Source: Candidatus Magasanikbacteria bacterium RIFOXYD1_FULL_40_23 | GTDB lineage: Bacteria; Patescibacteriota; Patescibacteriia; Magasanikbacterales; GWA2-37-8 | Direction: 5' to 3' | Length of the DNA stretch: 64,000 nt | NCBI GenBank assembly: GCA_001783215.1 | Contig: MFRA01000005.1 | Coordinates: forward strand, 329,423-393,422 | Part shown: positions 9,673 through 16,406 of the stretch, piece after piece | How the letters are laid out: every line of letters starts with the position of its first letter | How positions within the stretch are numbered: the stretch's first letter is position 1 | Made by a program: the position numbers and the translations under genes | The notes under the pieces: model-generated | What the model saw: only the letters and a program-made list of their open reading frames with translations | The model's database searches: none | Told to the model about the DNA's origin: nothing

Positions 9673-10434
9673 TTATTTTTTCTTTATAAATGATCCAAAA
9701 CCATTCTTTTCTATCTTTTTCAAAATTTCTGAACCGCCTTGAGCGACGATTTTACCTTTGGACATAATATGAATTTTGTCTGGCTTGATGAAGTCCAAGA
9801 TGCGAGGGTTGTGACTTACAATTACTAGTCCCATGCCTTGCTTGGCATGGATCTCATTTATTTGTTTGCTCACAATTTTTAGAGCATCTATATCCAATCC
9901 AGAATCAATTTCATCTAAGAAAGCAAAAGCAGGTTGTAAAATCGCCATCTGTAAAACTTCTGATTTTTTCTTTTCTCCACCAGAAAATCCATCGTTTACG
10001 GAGCGAGAAATAAAAGCAGGGTCTATCTTTAATTTTTCCATTTCTTCACGCATAGTGGCAGCAAAAGCAACTGGTGCAATAGCTGGTGTTTTGTCTTTTT
10101 TAGAAGCGGAAATAGTATTTTTGGCTATGCGTAAAAAGTTACCCAATGGTACGCCAACCACCACTTGTGGGTGTTGGAATCCCAAAAATAATCCAGCCTG
10201 CGCGCGTTGGGTAGGAGTTAGCTTTAGGATATCTTTCTTGTCTAACGAAGCCGAACCCATAGTAACGGTATATTTTGGACTACCCATAAGCACAGAAAGT
10301 AGAGTGCTTTTACCAGAGCCGTTTTGACCCATAATTATATGGATTTCACCGGAAGATACGCTTAAAGAAACACCGTTTAATATTTTGGTATTGCCAATAG
10401 TGGCGTGTAAGTTTTTTATGTTTAAAATAGGCAT
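9673..10434 (-). CDS. sufC: Fe-S assembly ATPase SufC
   Basis: ABC ATPase Walker A (GQNGSGKST), signature (FSGGEKK), Walker B (LDEIDSGLD). Confidence 0.85.
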   Translation of the reverse strand: MPILNIKNLHATIGNTKILNGVSLSVSSGEIHIIMGQNGSGKSTLLSVLMGSPKYTVTMGSASLDKKDILKLTPTQRAQAGLFLGFQHPQVVVGVPLGNFLRIAKNTISASKKDKTPAIAPVAFAATMREEMEKLKIDPAFISRSVNDGFSGGEKKKSEVLQMAILQPAFAFLDEIDSGLDIDALKIVSKQINEIHAKQGMGLVIVSHNPRILDFIKPDKIHIMSKGKIVAQGGSEILKKIEKNGFGSFIKKK

Positions 10435-10544
10435 AATTTTGTTTAATCAATAGCTATACTACAGCGAAAAACCCTCTTGGTCAATGCCAGAAGATACAAA
10501 AAATCCCGCCAGAAAGGAGGGATTTTTGTGGTTTGTTATAAGGA

Positions 10545-10958
10545 CTATTCGGTAACTTTGAGGGTGCCCCATTGTCCGCCAGCTCTGTGGCCAGGTTTGG
10601 AGCAGTAATATACGAATTCTCCGGCTTTATCGGCTGTAAATTCGATTGTTACTTCTTCATTTAGAGGCAATTCTTTAGCTACTGCAAATTCGTCTATTAC
10701 GAAGTCGTGCATTCCTAGAGTGTTGGTTACTTTAATTTTTACTTTATCTCCCTTTTTTACATTCATTTCTGGGATAGAGTATATAGGTTTCTTTAGAGCT
10801 GGGTCATAGTAGGCGGTCATGGTGAATTCTTTTACGGCTTGAACGGACGCAGTTTCTGGAGCGGTGTTTGTAGGGGCGCTTGCTTGTTTGGATTTCCACA
10901 TAAACAAACCTCCCACGACTACGACTGCTACTAATGCTGGGACCAATAATTTACGCAT
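10545..10958 (-). CDS. cupredoxin-like (plastocyanin/azurin family) secreted protein
   Basis: signal/TM N-terminus; type-1 copper-site-like motifs MHDF...YYCSKPGHRAGGQWG. Confidence 0.5.
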   Translation of the reverse strand: MRKLLVPALVAVVVVGGLFMWKSKQASAPTNTAPETASVQAVKEFTMTAYYDPALKKPIYSIPEMNVKKGDKVKIKVTNTLGMHDFVIDEFAVAKELPLNEEVTIEFTADKAGEFVYYCSKPGHRAGGQWGTLKVTE

Positions 10959-10988
10959 ACAATTTTTATTATTTAATTAATGTTTATA

Positions 10989-11246
10989 TTATATCATTGA
11001 TTTTTCTTTTTGCAATATTTTCTTTTTTTGTTCTGTTCCGCCGCGGTTGTATCCACCCATTTTGCCATCGGATCGTATTACGCGGTGGCAGGGGATATCT
11101 GGGTTATAGTTTTTCTTTAAAGCCGAGCCCACAGCTCTGGCCGCATCTGGCTTACCAATTTTTGTAGCCACTTGTTTGTAGGTAAGAGTTTTTCCTTTGG
11201 GAATTTTTTTCACAACATTATAAACTTTTTGTTGGAACGTCAGCAT
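10989..11246 (-). CDS. MGMT-family DNA-binding domain protein (stand-alone Ogt C-terminal-like domain)
   Basis: active-site motif IPCHRVIRSDG with a helix-turn-wing preceding it; only 85 aa. Confidence 0.6.
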   Translation of the reverse strand: MLTFQQKVYNVVKKIPKGKTLTYKQVATKIGKPDAARAVGSALKKNYNPDIPCHRVIRSDGKMGGYNRGGTEQKKKILQKEKSMI

Positions 11247-11250
11247 AATT

Positions 11251-11463
11251 TTATTGGTTTATTTCCGGGCAAACAAATTCACAGTTTGGGCCAGTACGGC
11301 CAACGTATGTTCCGTCTGGGCATTGTTTTGCATCCATTGTGCATGCGATAGGTTCTGGCTCGGGAGTTATGGTTTGCGCACCGTTGCTATCTTTTGCAAC
11401 ACAGCCCACACCAGTAAGTAGCAATAGTATAACAATTGCGATAAGTGAATTTTTCGTATGCAT
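11251..11463 (-). CDS. small secreted Cys-rich protein
   Basis: 70 aa, hydrophobic signal-like N-terminus, about six Cys. Confidence 0.3.
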   Translation of the reverse strand: MHTKNSLIAIVILLLLTGVGCVAKDSNGAQTITPEPEPIACTMDAKQCPDGTYVGRTGPNCEFVCPEINQ

Positions 11464-11481
11464 ATAGTAAATTTAAATTAA

Positions 11482-12213
11482 TTATAATCCTTTAGGAGTT
11501 TTGGCTAAGTGGATACACGTATTGTTTGTAGGATTTGTTTCTTTGGATAATAAAAAGATAAATTTCCCTGAAAATAAATTTGGCCACGATTTTAGTAGGA
11601 ATAATCGGAAAAAAGCAGGTGTAAATCTAGTTGGTATAATACCGCACCCCATAAAATTAAATTGAGAAATCTTTGGGTTCCAACCGTTGGCTTGAAAAAC
11701 ACTATATAATTCTGGCAGTGAAAAAAAGCGTATATGCGCATAGTTCCAGGCATTTTCTCCAAATCGTACATGATCCCAATGTATTATACCTTTGCCAAGC
11801 AGGCTGCGAAATCTTTGTCTCAAATCAAAATGATTTGGTACGCCAAAAATTAATTTGCCATCGCTATTTACAACCCTTTTGGCTTCGCGCAAGATATGGG
11901 CTGGGTCATAGACGTGTTCGGGTACGTCTGTAGTTATTACCAAATCAAAGCTACTGTTTTCTATTGGCCAAGGCAAGTTTATATCGCAATTAATAAAGTT
12001 TGGATCATTAGCTGGCAAATCTGGATGAATGTCTAGGCCAACTACTGTATGCCCCAGATTTCGTAGGTAGTTGCTTAAGATACCTGGGCCACAACCTACA
12101 TCTAAAATTTTAAGTTTTTTACCTTGTTCAAAATCCAAAAGCCTTTTTACTTTTTCGTAACTATTAATATCGTGGAAGGTTTTTTTGGATTGATGCCAAG
12201 CGGTTTGGTCCAT
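11482..12213 (-). CDS. class I SAM-dependent methyltransferase
   Basis: motif I ILDVGCGPG; Methyltransf_11-like layout. Confidence 0.6.
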   Translation of the reverse strand: MDQTAWHQSKKTFHDINSYEKVKRLLDFEQGKKLKILDVGCGPGILSNYLRNLGHTVVGLDIHPDLPANDPNFINCDINLPWPIENSSFDLVITTDVPEHVYDPAHILREAKRVVNSDGKLIFGVPNHFDLRQRFRSLLGKGIIHWDHVRFGENAWNYAHIRFFSLPELYSVFQANGWNPKISQFNFMGCGIIPTRFTPAFFRLFLLKSWPNLFSGKFIFLLSKETNPTNNTCIHLAKTPKGL

Positions 12214-12297
12214 AATGGTATGGTTAATTTACTTGATAATCATATAATAAAACAACCCTGTTGCATAGAGTTGTTTTTGTAGTAAATTTGATGGGTT

Positions 12298-12666
12298 TTA
12301 AAGGCACGCGCGAGCGGTGAAATAGTCTGCGGCTGTTGGTTGGAATCCGTTTTTAATTTCGTTGGCGCGTTTGGTGCCTAGTTTTTCGTAGAAACAGGTA
12401 GTCATGGCTGGTGTGATATTGGTTGGAAGAGCGGCGGGGTCAATGCCGATTTTTTCTAGAGCTTGCTCTTGGGTAGGGGATAAAAGAGGATTTTTGTCTG
12501 TAGGAGAGCTGGTTTGTTTTGTGGTCGGCTCTGGTTGTTGGTAGAAACTTTTTATAATTGGTTTTATTCCGTATGGATCAGCGACATAAAAATAAACACC
12601 GCCCAAAATAAGTAAAAAGAAAATCACTCCAAGAGTTGTAAAAAATATTTGTAGAAATTTTTTCAT
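12298..12666 (-). CDS. hypothetical membrane-anchored protein
   Basis: 122 aa with an N-terminal TM helix; no recognisable motif. Confidence 0.3.
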   Translation of the reverse strand: MKKFLQIFFTTLGVIFFLLILGGVYFYVADPYGIKPIIKSFYQQPEPTTKQTSSPTDKNPLLSPTQEQALEKIGIDPAALPTNITPAMTTCFYEKLGTKRANEIKNGFQPTAADYFTARACL

Positions 12667-12765
12667 ATATGAAATGAATGAGATAAAGCCTGTTAGATGT
12701 TTATATTATTATATAATAAAAACACTCCACCGTATAGGATAATTTTAGAGTAGGCGACAAAGACA

Positions 12766-12981
12766 TTAGTTTCTTTTTTTAAGAAACATTGTTTTGAGTA
12801 CGAGAGTGGTTTTTCCGTCGCGGCATTCAACTGTTTCGGTGTCGGAGGGAAGTCGGATATTTTTAAAGACAGTTCCAATTTTATAGGTAACCGAAGAACC
12901 TTTTAATTTTAAATCTTTATTTAGTTGTACGGAATCACCTTCGGCAAGTACGTTGCCGTTACAATCTTTTGTTTCTGACAT
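12766..12981 (-). CDS. PhnA/YjdC-like protein (C-terminal domain only)
   Basis: CNGNVLAEGDSVQLNKDLKLKGSSVTYKIGTVFKNIRL aligns closely with the E. coli PhnA C-terminal domain; the start was set to the internal MSE at 12981. Confidence 0.55.
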   Translation of the reverse strand: MSETKDCNGNVLAEGDSVQLNKDLKLKGSSVTYKIGTVFKNIRLPSDTETVECRDGKTTLVLKTMFLKKRN

Positions 12982-13024
12982 AGTGTATGAATAAATAAAT
13001 AATTTATTTAGCGTTTGGGTTTGC

Positions 13025-13351
13025 TTAATGAAGTCCAAGCACACTTCCTTTTTTAGCTTTTCTACCAAGCATAAATTTCTGCGTAGAACTCAAAGCCTTA
13101 TCCTTTCGGTGAACACAGCCATACCAGCAGCAAGGGCGGCGCATTCCTTCTTTAAGTTCCGAGACGACTCTATCGACATGTTCTTTTCTCTTCTCTGGAG
13201 TTTTAACATATATAGTCCAGCAAATCCATTCATTACGGGAAAGTGGTGTGATATCTTCCCAAACCGCCAATGCTGTTGCGTCAGAAGATAGAGCTTTTCG
13301 CAAGTCTGTCGGCAGCTCATGCGCGACACCGCCGGAAATTTTTTTGCTCAT
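13025..13351 (-). CDS. YdeI/OmpD-associated-family-like protein with a Cys-rich C-terminal extension
   Basis: VPTDLRKAL...WEDITPLSRNEWICWTIYVKTPEKRKEHVDRVV fits the YdeI/OmdA pattern. Confidence 0.4.
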   Translation of the reverse strand: MSKKISGGVAHELPTDLRKALSSDATALAVWEDITPLSRNEWICWTIYVKTPEKRKEHVDRVVSELKEGMRRPCCWYGCVHRKDKALSSTQKFMLGRKAKKGSVLGLH

Positions 13352-13443
13352 AAGTTTTTTATTTGTCTATTAAATAGAATTATACGGCAATCATGCGGTT
13401 TTTACAAGTAAAATCCTATGTATTGTTTATCAACAACAATATA

Positions 13444-13472
13444 TTGACAAACGATAAGGGATAATTTATACT
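13444..13472 (+). promoter_or_regulatory. near-consensus sigma70-type promoter (TTGACA-17-TATACT) for the DUF2975 gene
   Basis: TTGACA at 13444-13449, 17-nt spacer, TATACT at 13467-13472, about 33 nt upstream of ATG 13505. Confidence 0.4.
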
Positions 13473-13504
13473 AAATATATACCTAAACTTAAAAATTAAT
13501 TTAT

Positions 13505-13996
13505 ATGTCCAGCGGTTTAAAAAAATGCTCAACAGTATTTCTTCAAGTAGTAATCGGGCTCATCGGCATCGTGGCGTTGGCTATCCTGATTCGTTTTCCT
13601 TTAACCGAGGGTAGGGCAGTAAACCTGGACTTGTTTAGTATTTACGCTGACCCGTTCATTATATATGGATATCTGGTATCTATCCCATTTTTTGTGGCGC
13701 TGTACTGGGCATTTAAATTACTTGGGTTTATCGGCCAAAATAAAGTATTTTCACTAAACTCTGTGAAGGCTTTGAAGAATATAAAATATTGCGCCATCAT
13801 ATTGGGTATCTTGATTATGTCGACCGTGGTGTACATTACGATATTTCATGCAACAGATGACGATCCAGCGGGCTTTATCGCTATCAGTATTTTGACTACT
13901 TTTATTTCTATCGTAGTTGCTACTGCTGCAGCGGTGTTTGAAAGAACTTTGCAAAGTGCTGTGGAAATAAAATCCGAGAATGATTTAACTGTCTAA
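13505..13996 (+). CDS. DUF2975-like four-TM membrane protein
   Basis: 163-aa polytopic protein immediately upstream of a YozG-like XRE HTH regulator, which is the canonical gene pair. Confidence 0.55.
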   Translation: MSSGLKKCSTVFLQVVIGLIGIVALAILIRFPLTEGRAVNLDLFSIYADPFIIYGYLVSIPFFVALYWAFKLLGFIGQNKVFSLNSVKALKNIKYCAIILGILIMSTVVYITIFHATDDDPAGFIAISILTTFISIVVATAAAVFERTLQSAVEIKSENDLTV

Positions 13997-14001
13997 AATA
14001 T

Positions 14002-14205
14002 ATGTCAATTATAATCAACATAGATGTGATGTTGGCAAAAAGAAAAATGAGCGTCACCGAGCTTGCAGAAAAAGTGGGCATAACCATGGCCAATATTTCT
14101 GTATTAAAAAATGGCAAAGCAAAGGCCATTCGATTCTCGACATTGGAAGCAATTTGCAAAGCTTTGGATTGCCAACCTGGTGATATTTTGGAGTACAAGG
14201 GATAG
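14002..14205 (+). CDS. XRE/Cro-C1 family HTH transcriptional regulator (YozG-like)
   Basis: MLAKRKMSVTELAEKVGITMANISVLKNGKAKAIRFSTLEAICKALDCQPGDILEY is a typical 67-aa HTH_26/XRE protein. Confidence 0.8.
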   Translation: MSIIINIDVMLAKRKMSVTELAEKVGITMANISVLKNGKAKAIRFSTLEAICKALDCQPGDILEYKG

Positions 14206-14230
14206 TGAAAATAATGTATAAAAATAAAAA

Positions 14231-14257
14231 AGAGCGATTTTAAATCGTTCTTTTTTG
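14231..14257. terminator. bidirectional intrinsic terminator between convergent HTH and LigT genes
   Basis: hairpin AGAGCGATTT/TAAATCGTTCT with a T-run on the + side (14251-14256) and an A-run on the other side (14221-14231). Confidence 0.45.
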
Positions 14258-14265
14258 TGTTTAAT

Positions 14266-14303
14266 GCGGAGAGGGAGGGATTCGGCTTCGATTAAAATTT
14301 TGT
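14266..14303 (-). repeat. tRNA-Ser 3'-end-like fragment (att-like direct repeat, copy 2) just after the LigT stop
   Basis: minus-strand reading AATCGAAGCCGAATCCCTCCCTCTCCGC matches the 3' 15-17 nt of the tRNA at 15242-15326. Confidence 0.6.
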
Positions 14304-14858
14304 CTAGTTAGTTCCAAATTTTATATCCATTACTTTATGCCACGATTTAGCCCCATCATTTTTCTGATAAATTCGAATCGAATTAACTTCAAACGCAGGT
14401 AAATTTTTCAGTTCTCGCCTTGCTTTTTCCACCATCTCTAGCGTATCTTCTTTGGTGAGGCCCCACTTTATAGCTCCTAGAGTCAGGTGTGGATGGTATT
14501 CATTATTTTCAAAATATTTTTTTGCTGGATCTTTGTAGTATGGCCCAACTGCACTAAATAAGGTTTTATGAAGATTGATAAGTTCTTGAGAAAAAGCCGG
14601 TTTAAGGAAAATGACATTTTCGTCAAAATTTCCTACTCCTTCAAAAGAGATTTGAAATTTACTAAAACCATTTATTGCTGATTCTATTTTAGGTAGCCAC
14701 AACTTATCTTCTGTTAGTCCTCCCGTGGATTTCACTGTGATATGTGGCTCGACAAGATTAGGTACGTCATTATTAAGGAAGTTTCTTTGGAAAGAAATAA
14801 TTTTTTCACTTATTGTTTCTGGTGGTGTGATTCCTATAAAAAATTGCATAAGTTCCAA
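14304..14858 (-). CDS. 2H phosphoesterase superfamily protein (LigT/ThpR-like RNA 2',3'-cyclic phosphodiesterase)
   Basis: two H-x-T-x motifs (HITV, HLTL) with the appropriate spacing; 184 aa. Confidence 0.6.
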   Translation of the reverse strand: MELMQFFIGITPPETISEKIISFQRNFLNNDVPNLVEPHITVKSTGGLTEDKLWLPKIESAINGFSKFQISFEGVGNFDENVIFLKPAFSQELINLHKTLFSAVGPYYKDPAKKYFENNEYHPHLTLGAIKWGLTKEDTLEMVEKARRELKNLPAFEVNSIRIYQKNDGAKSWHKVMDIKFGTN

Positions 14859-14862
14859 TTTT

Positions 14863-14901
14863 GGCGGAGAGGGAGGGGTTCGGCTTCGACTAAAATTTTT
14901 T
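14863..14901 (-). repeat. tRNA-Ser 3'-end-like fragment (att-like direct repeat, copy 1) just after the GIY-YIG #1 stop
   Basis: minus-strand reading TAGTCGAAGCCGAACCCCTCCCTCTCCGCC, compared with the tRNA 3' end GGTTCGAATCCCTCCCTCTCCGCC. Confidence 0.6.
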
Positions 14902-15132
14902 ATCCAAATGTTTTTTTAAAAAAGCTCTGCCAGAACCAGATTTTAAATATTTTTCAAATTCAAATGCTGTGTATTTATCTTTGAATGCGAAGTAGGCTGT
15001 AAGTTCAACTGGTAAGCGCTTAGCTGTGGCTGGTACTTGGCCTTTTTGATGTCTAGCCATACGTTCTTTTAAATCGGATGTACAGCCAGAATAAAAACCG
15101 TCTTTGCATTTTAATATATAAACATAGTGCAT
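14890..15132 (-). CDS. small GIY-YIG nuclease-family protein (YhbQ/UPF0213-like), copy 1
   Basis: HYVYILKCKDGFYSGCTSDLKERMARHQ contains the GIY-YIG motifs and aligns with E. coli YhbQ; 80 aa. Confidence 0.7.
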   Translation of the reverse strand: MHYVYILKCKDGFYSGCTSDLKERMARHQKGQVPATAKRLPVELTAYFAFKDKYTAFEFEKYLKSGSGRAFLKKHLDKKF

Positions 15133-15241
15133 AAGCGGATTTTATCACGCCGAAGCTTCATCTTTGATAATTCGCATGAACCAAGTATTATGAAAAACTT
15201 AGAACTCGCCTCTGCCCTAAAGGGCTACGGCGAAGCGAAGG

Positions 15242-15326
15242 CGGAGAGGGAGGGATTCGAACCCTCGGTGCCTTGCGGCACACAGCTTTAGCAAAGCTGC
15301 ACAATCGACCACTCTGACACCTCTCC
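15242..15326 (-). tRNA. tRNA-Ser (anticodon GCU by hand fold), type II with long variable arm
   Basis: 7-bp acceptor GGAGAGG/CCTCTCC; anticodon stem CAGCT/AGCTG with loop TTGCTAA; variable arm GTGCC-GCAA-GGCAC; T-arm GAGGG-TTCGAAT-CCCTC; CC but no A encoded. Confidence 0.7.
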
Positions 15327-15362
15327 AGGTGTTGTCGTTTTATAATAAATCTTTTTAATTTT

Positions 15363-15764
15363 TTATTCGTATTGGCTCAGCATTTCTTCTAGTTCACGGG
15401 CCTCCCTCGCTTCTTTTTCTGCTTCAGTTTCGGTGGGTGTTTCAGTTAGCATTTTATTTTTAACTTCTGCAAAGAGTGCATCTACCTCTGTTTCAAGTAT
15501 CACGCCGCCTTGTTTGGCAATACTGCGCACACTATCTAGGCCGTAACCGTCTCTAATTCTTTTTTCCAAATGACCAAGGGCGAATGTCTTTACCTCTGTT
15601 TCCGGCGCGCCTAATTTTAAAAGCTCTCGAACTAAATCACCGCCATGTTCGGTATTTTTGCATGCCTGAGCATATTCTGGTCTTTGGGTAATATTTTTTT
15701 GTTCTGCGGTTTCTGTCGGATTCATTAGTTCCGCTTCTGTTGGGCCAGGTCCTTGCTCGGGCAT
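15363..15764 (-). CDS. hypothetical acidic protein
   Basis: 133-aa ORF with Glu-rich termini and no recognisable motif; sits between the two tRNA/GIY-YIG units. Confidence 0.35.
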   Translation of the reverse strand: MPEQGPGPTEAELMNPTETAEQKNITQRPEYAQACKNTEHGGDLVRELLKLGAPETEVKTFALGHLEKRIRDGYGLDSVRSIAKQGGVILETEVDALFAEVKNKMLTETPTETEAEKEAREARELEEMLSQYE

Positions 15765-15831
15765 ATTGGTATGAACAGTTGTTTAAACTAATTTGAAGTA
15801 TAGCACTGGTGGGTGAGCGGTGACAATTTGT

Positions 15832-15856
15832 CTGGAGAGATATGATTCGGCTTCGA
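15832..15856 (-). repeat. degenerate tRNA 3'-end-like fragment (att-like, copy 3), matching the 3' end of the second tRNA
   Basis: minus-strand reading TCGAAGCCGAATCATATCTCTCCAG, compared with the tRNA at 16209-16295 3' end TCGAATCTCTATCTCTCCGCC. Confidence 0.5.
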
Positions 15857-16099
15857 CTAAAATTTTTTATCCAAATGTTTTTTTAAAAAAGCTCTACCAG
15901 AACCAGATTTTAAATATTTTTCAAATTCAAATGCAACGTATTTATCTTTGAATGCGAAATAGGCTGTAAGTTCTAGTGGTCGGCGATTGATTGTGGCGGG
16001 AACCTGGCCTTTCTGATGTCTTGATATGCGTTCTTTTAGGTCTGAGGTGCAACCAGAATAAAAACCGTCTTTGCATTTTAATATATAAACATAGTGCAT
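15857..16099 (-). CDS. small GIY-YIG nuclease-family protein (YhbQ-like), copy 2
   Basis: 80 aa, identical to copy 1 at both ends but diverged in the centre (ERISRHQKGQVPATINRRPLEL vs ERMARHQKGQVPATAKRLPVEL). Confidence 0.7.
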   Translation of the reverse strand: MHYVYILKCKDGFYSGCTSDLKERISRHQKGQVPATINRRPLELTAYFAFKDKYVAFEFEKYLKSGSGRAFLKKHLDKKF

Positions 16100-16208
16100 A
16101 AGCGGATTTTATCACGCCGAAGCTTCATCTTTGATAATTCGCATGAACCAAGTATTATGAAAAACTTAGAACTCGCCTCTGCCCTAAAGGGCTACGGCGA
16201 AGCGAAGG

Positions 16209-16295
16209 CGGAGAGATAGAGATTCGAACTCTAGAGGCCCTTTCGAGCCCGGCAGTTTAGTAAACTGCTGCCTTAAACCACTCGGCCATCTCTCC
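16209..16295 (-). tRNA. type II tRNA (Ser-like); anticodon reads ACU in my hand fold, which is atypical
   Basis: acceptor GGAGAGA/TCTCTCC; D-arm GCC-GAGTGGTTTAA-GGC; anticodon stem GCAGT/ACTGC with loop TTACTAA; long variable arm; T-arm TAGAG-TTCGAAT-CTCTA. Confidence 0.6.
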
Positions 16296-16406
16296 TGATT
16301 ATGGAATTTTTGTAGCGATAGTGTATCAAAAAACCAGATAAAGTCAACCCTAAAGTTGCTGTAATTTTGCCCGGTTTTATTATATAATATCTTCTCTAGC
16401 AAACGT

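Noticed and set aside
9833-10327. 164-aa + strand ORF
   Set aside because: It lies antisense within sufC, which has unambiguous ABC ATPase motifs.
15181-15280. 33-aa + strand ORF (MKNLELASALKGYGEAKAEREGFEPSVPCGTQL) present in both duplicated spacers
   Set aside because: It runs antisense across the tRNA 3' end and spacer. Its conservation is explained by the duplicated DNA itself.
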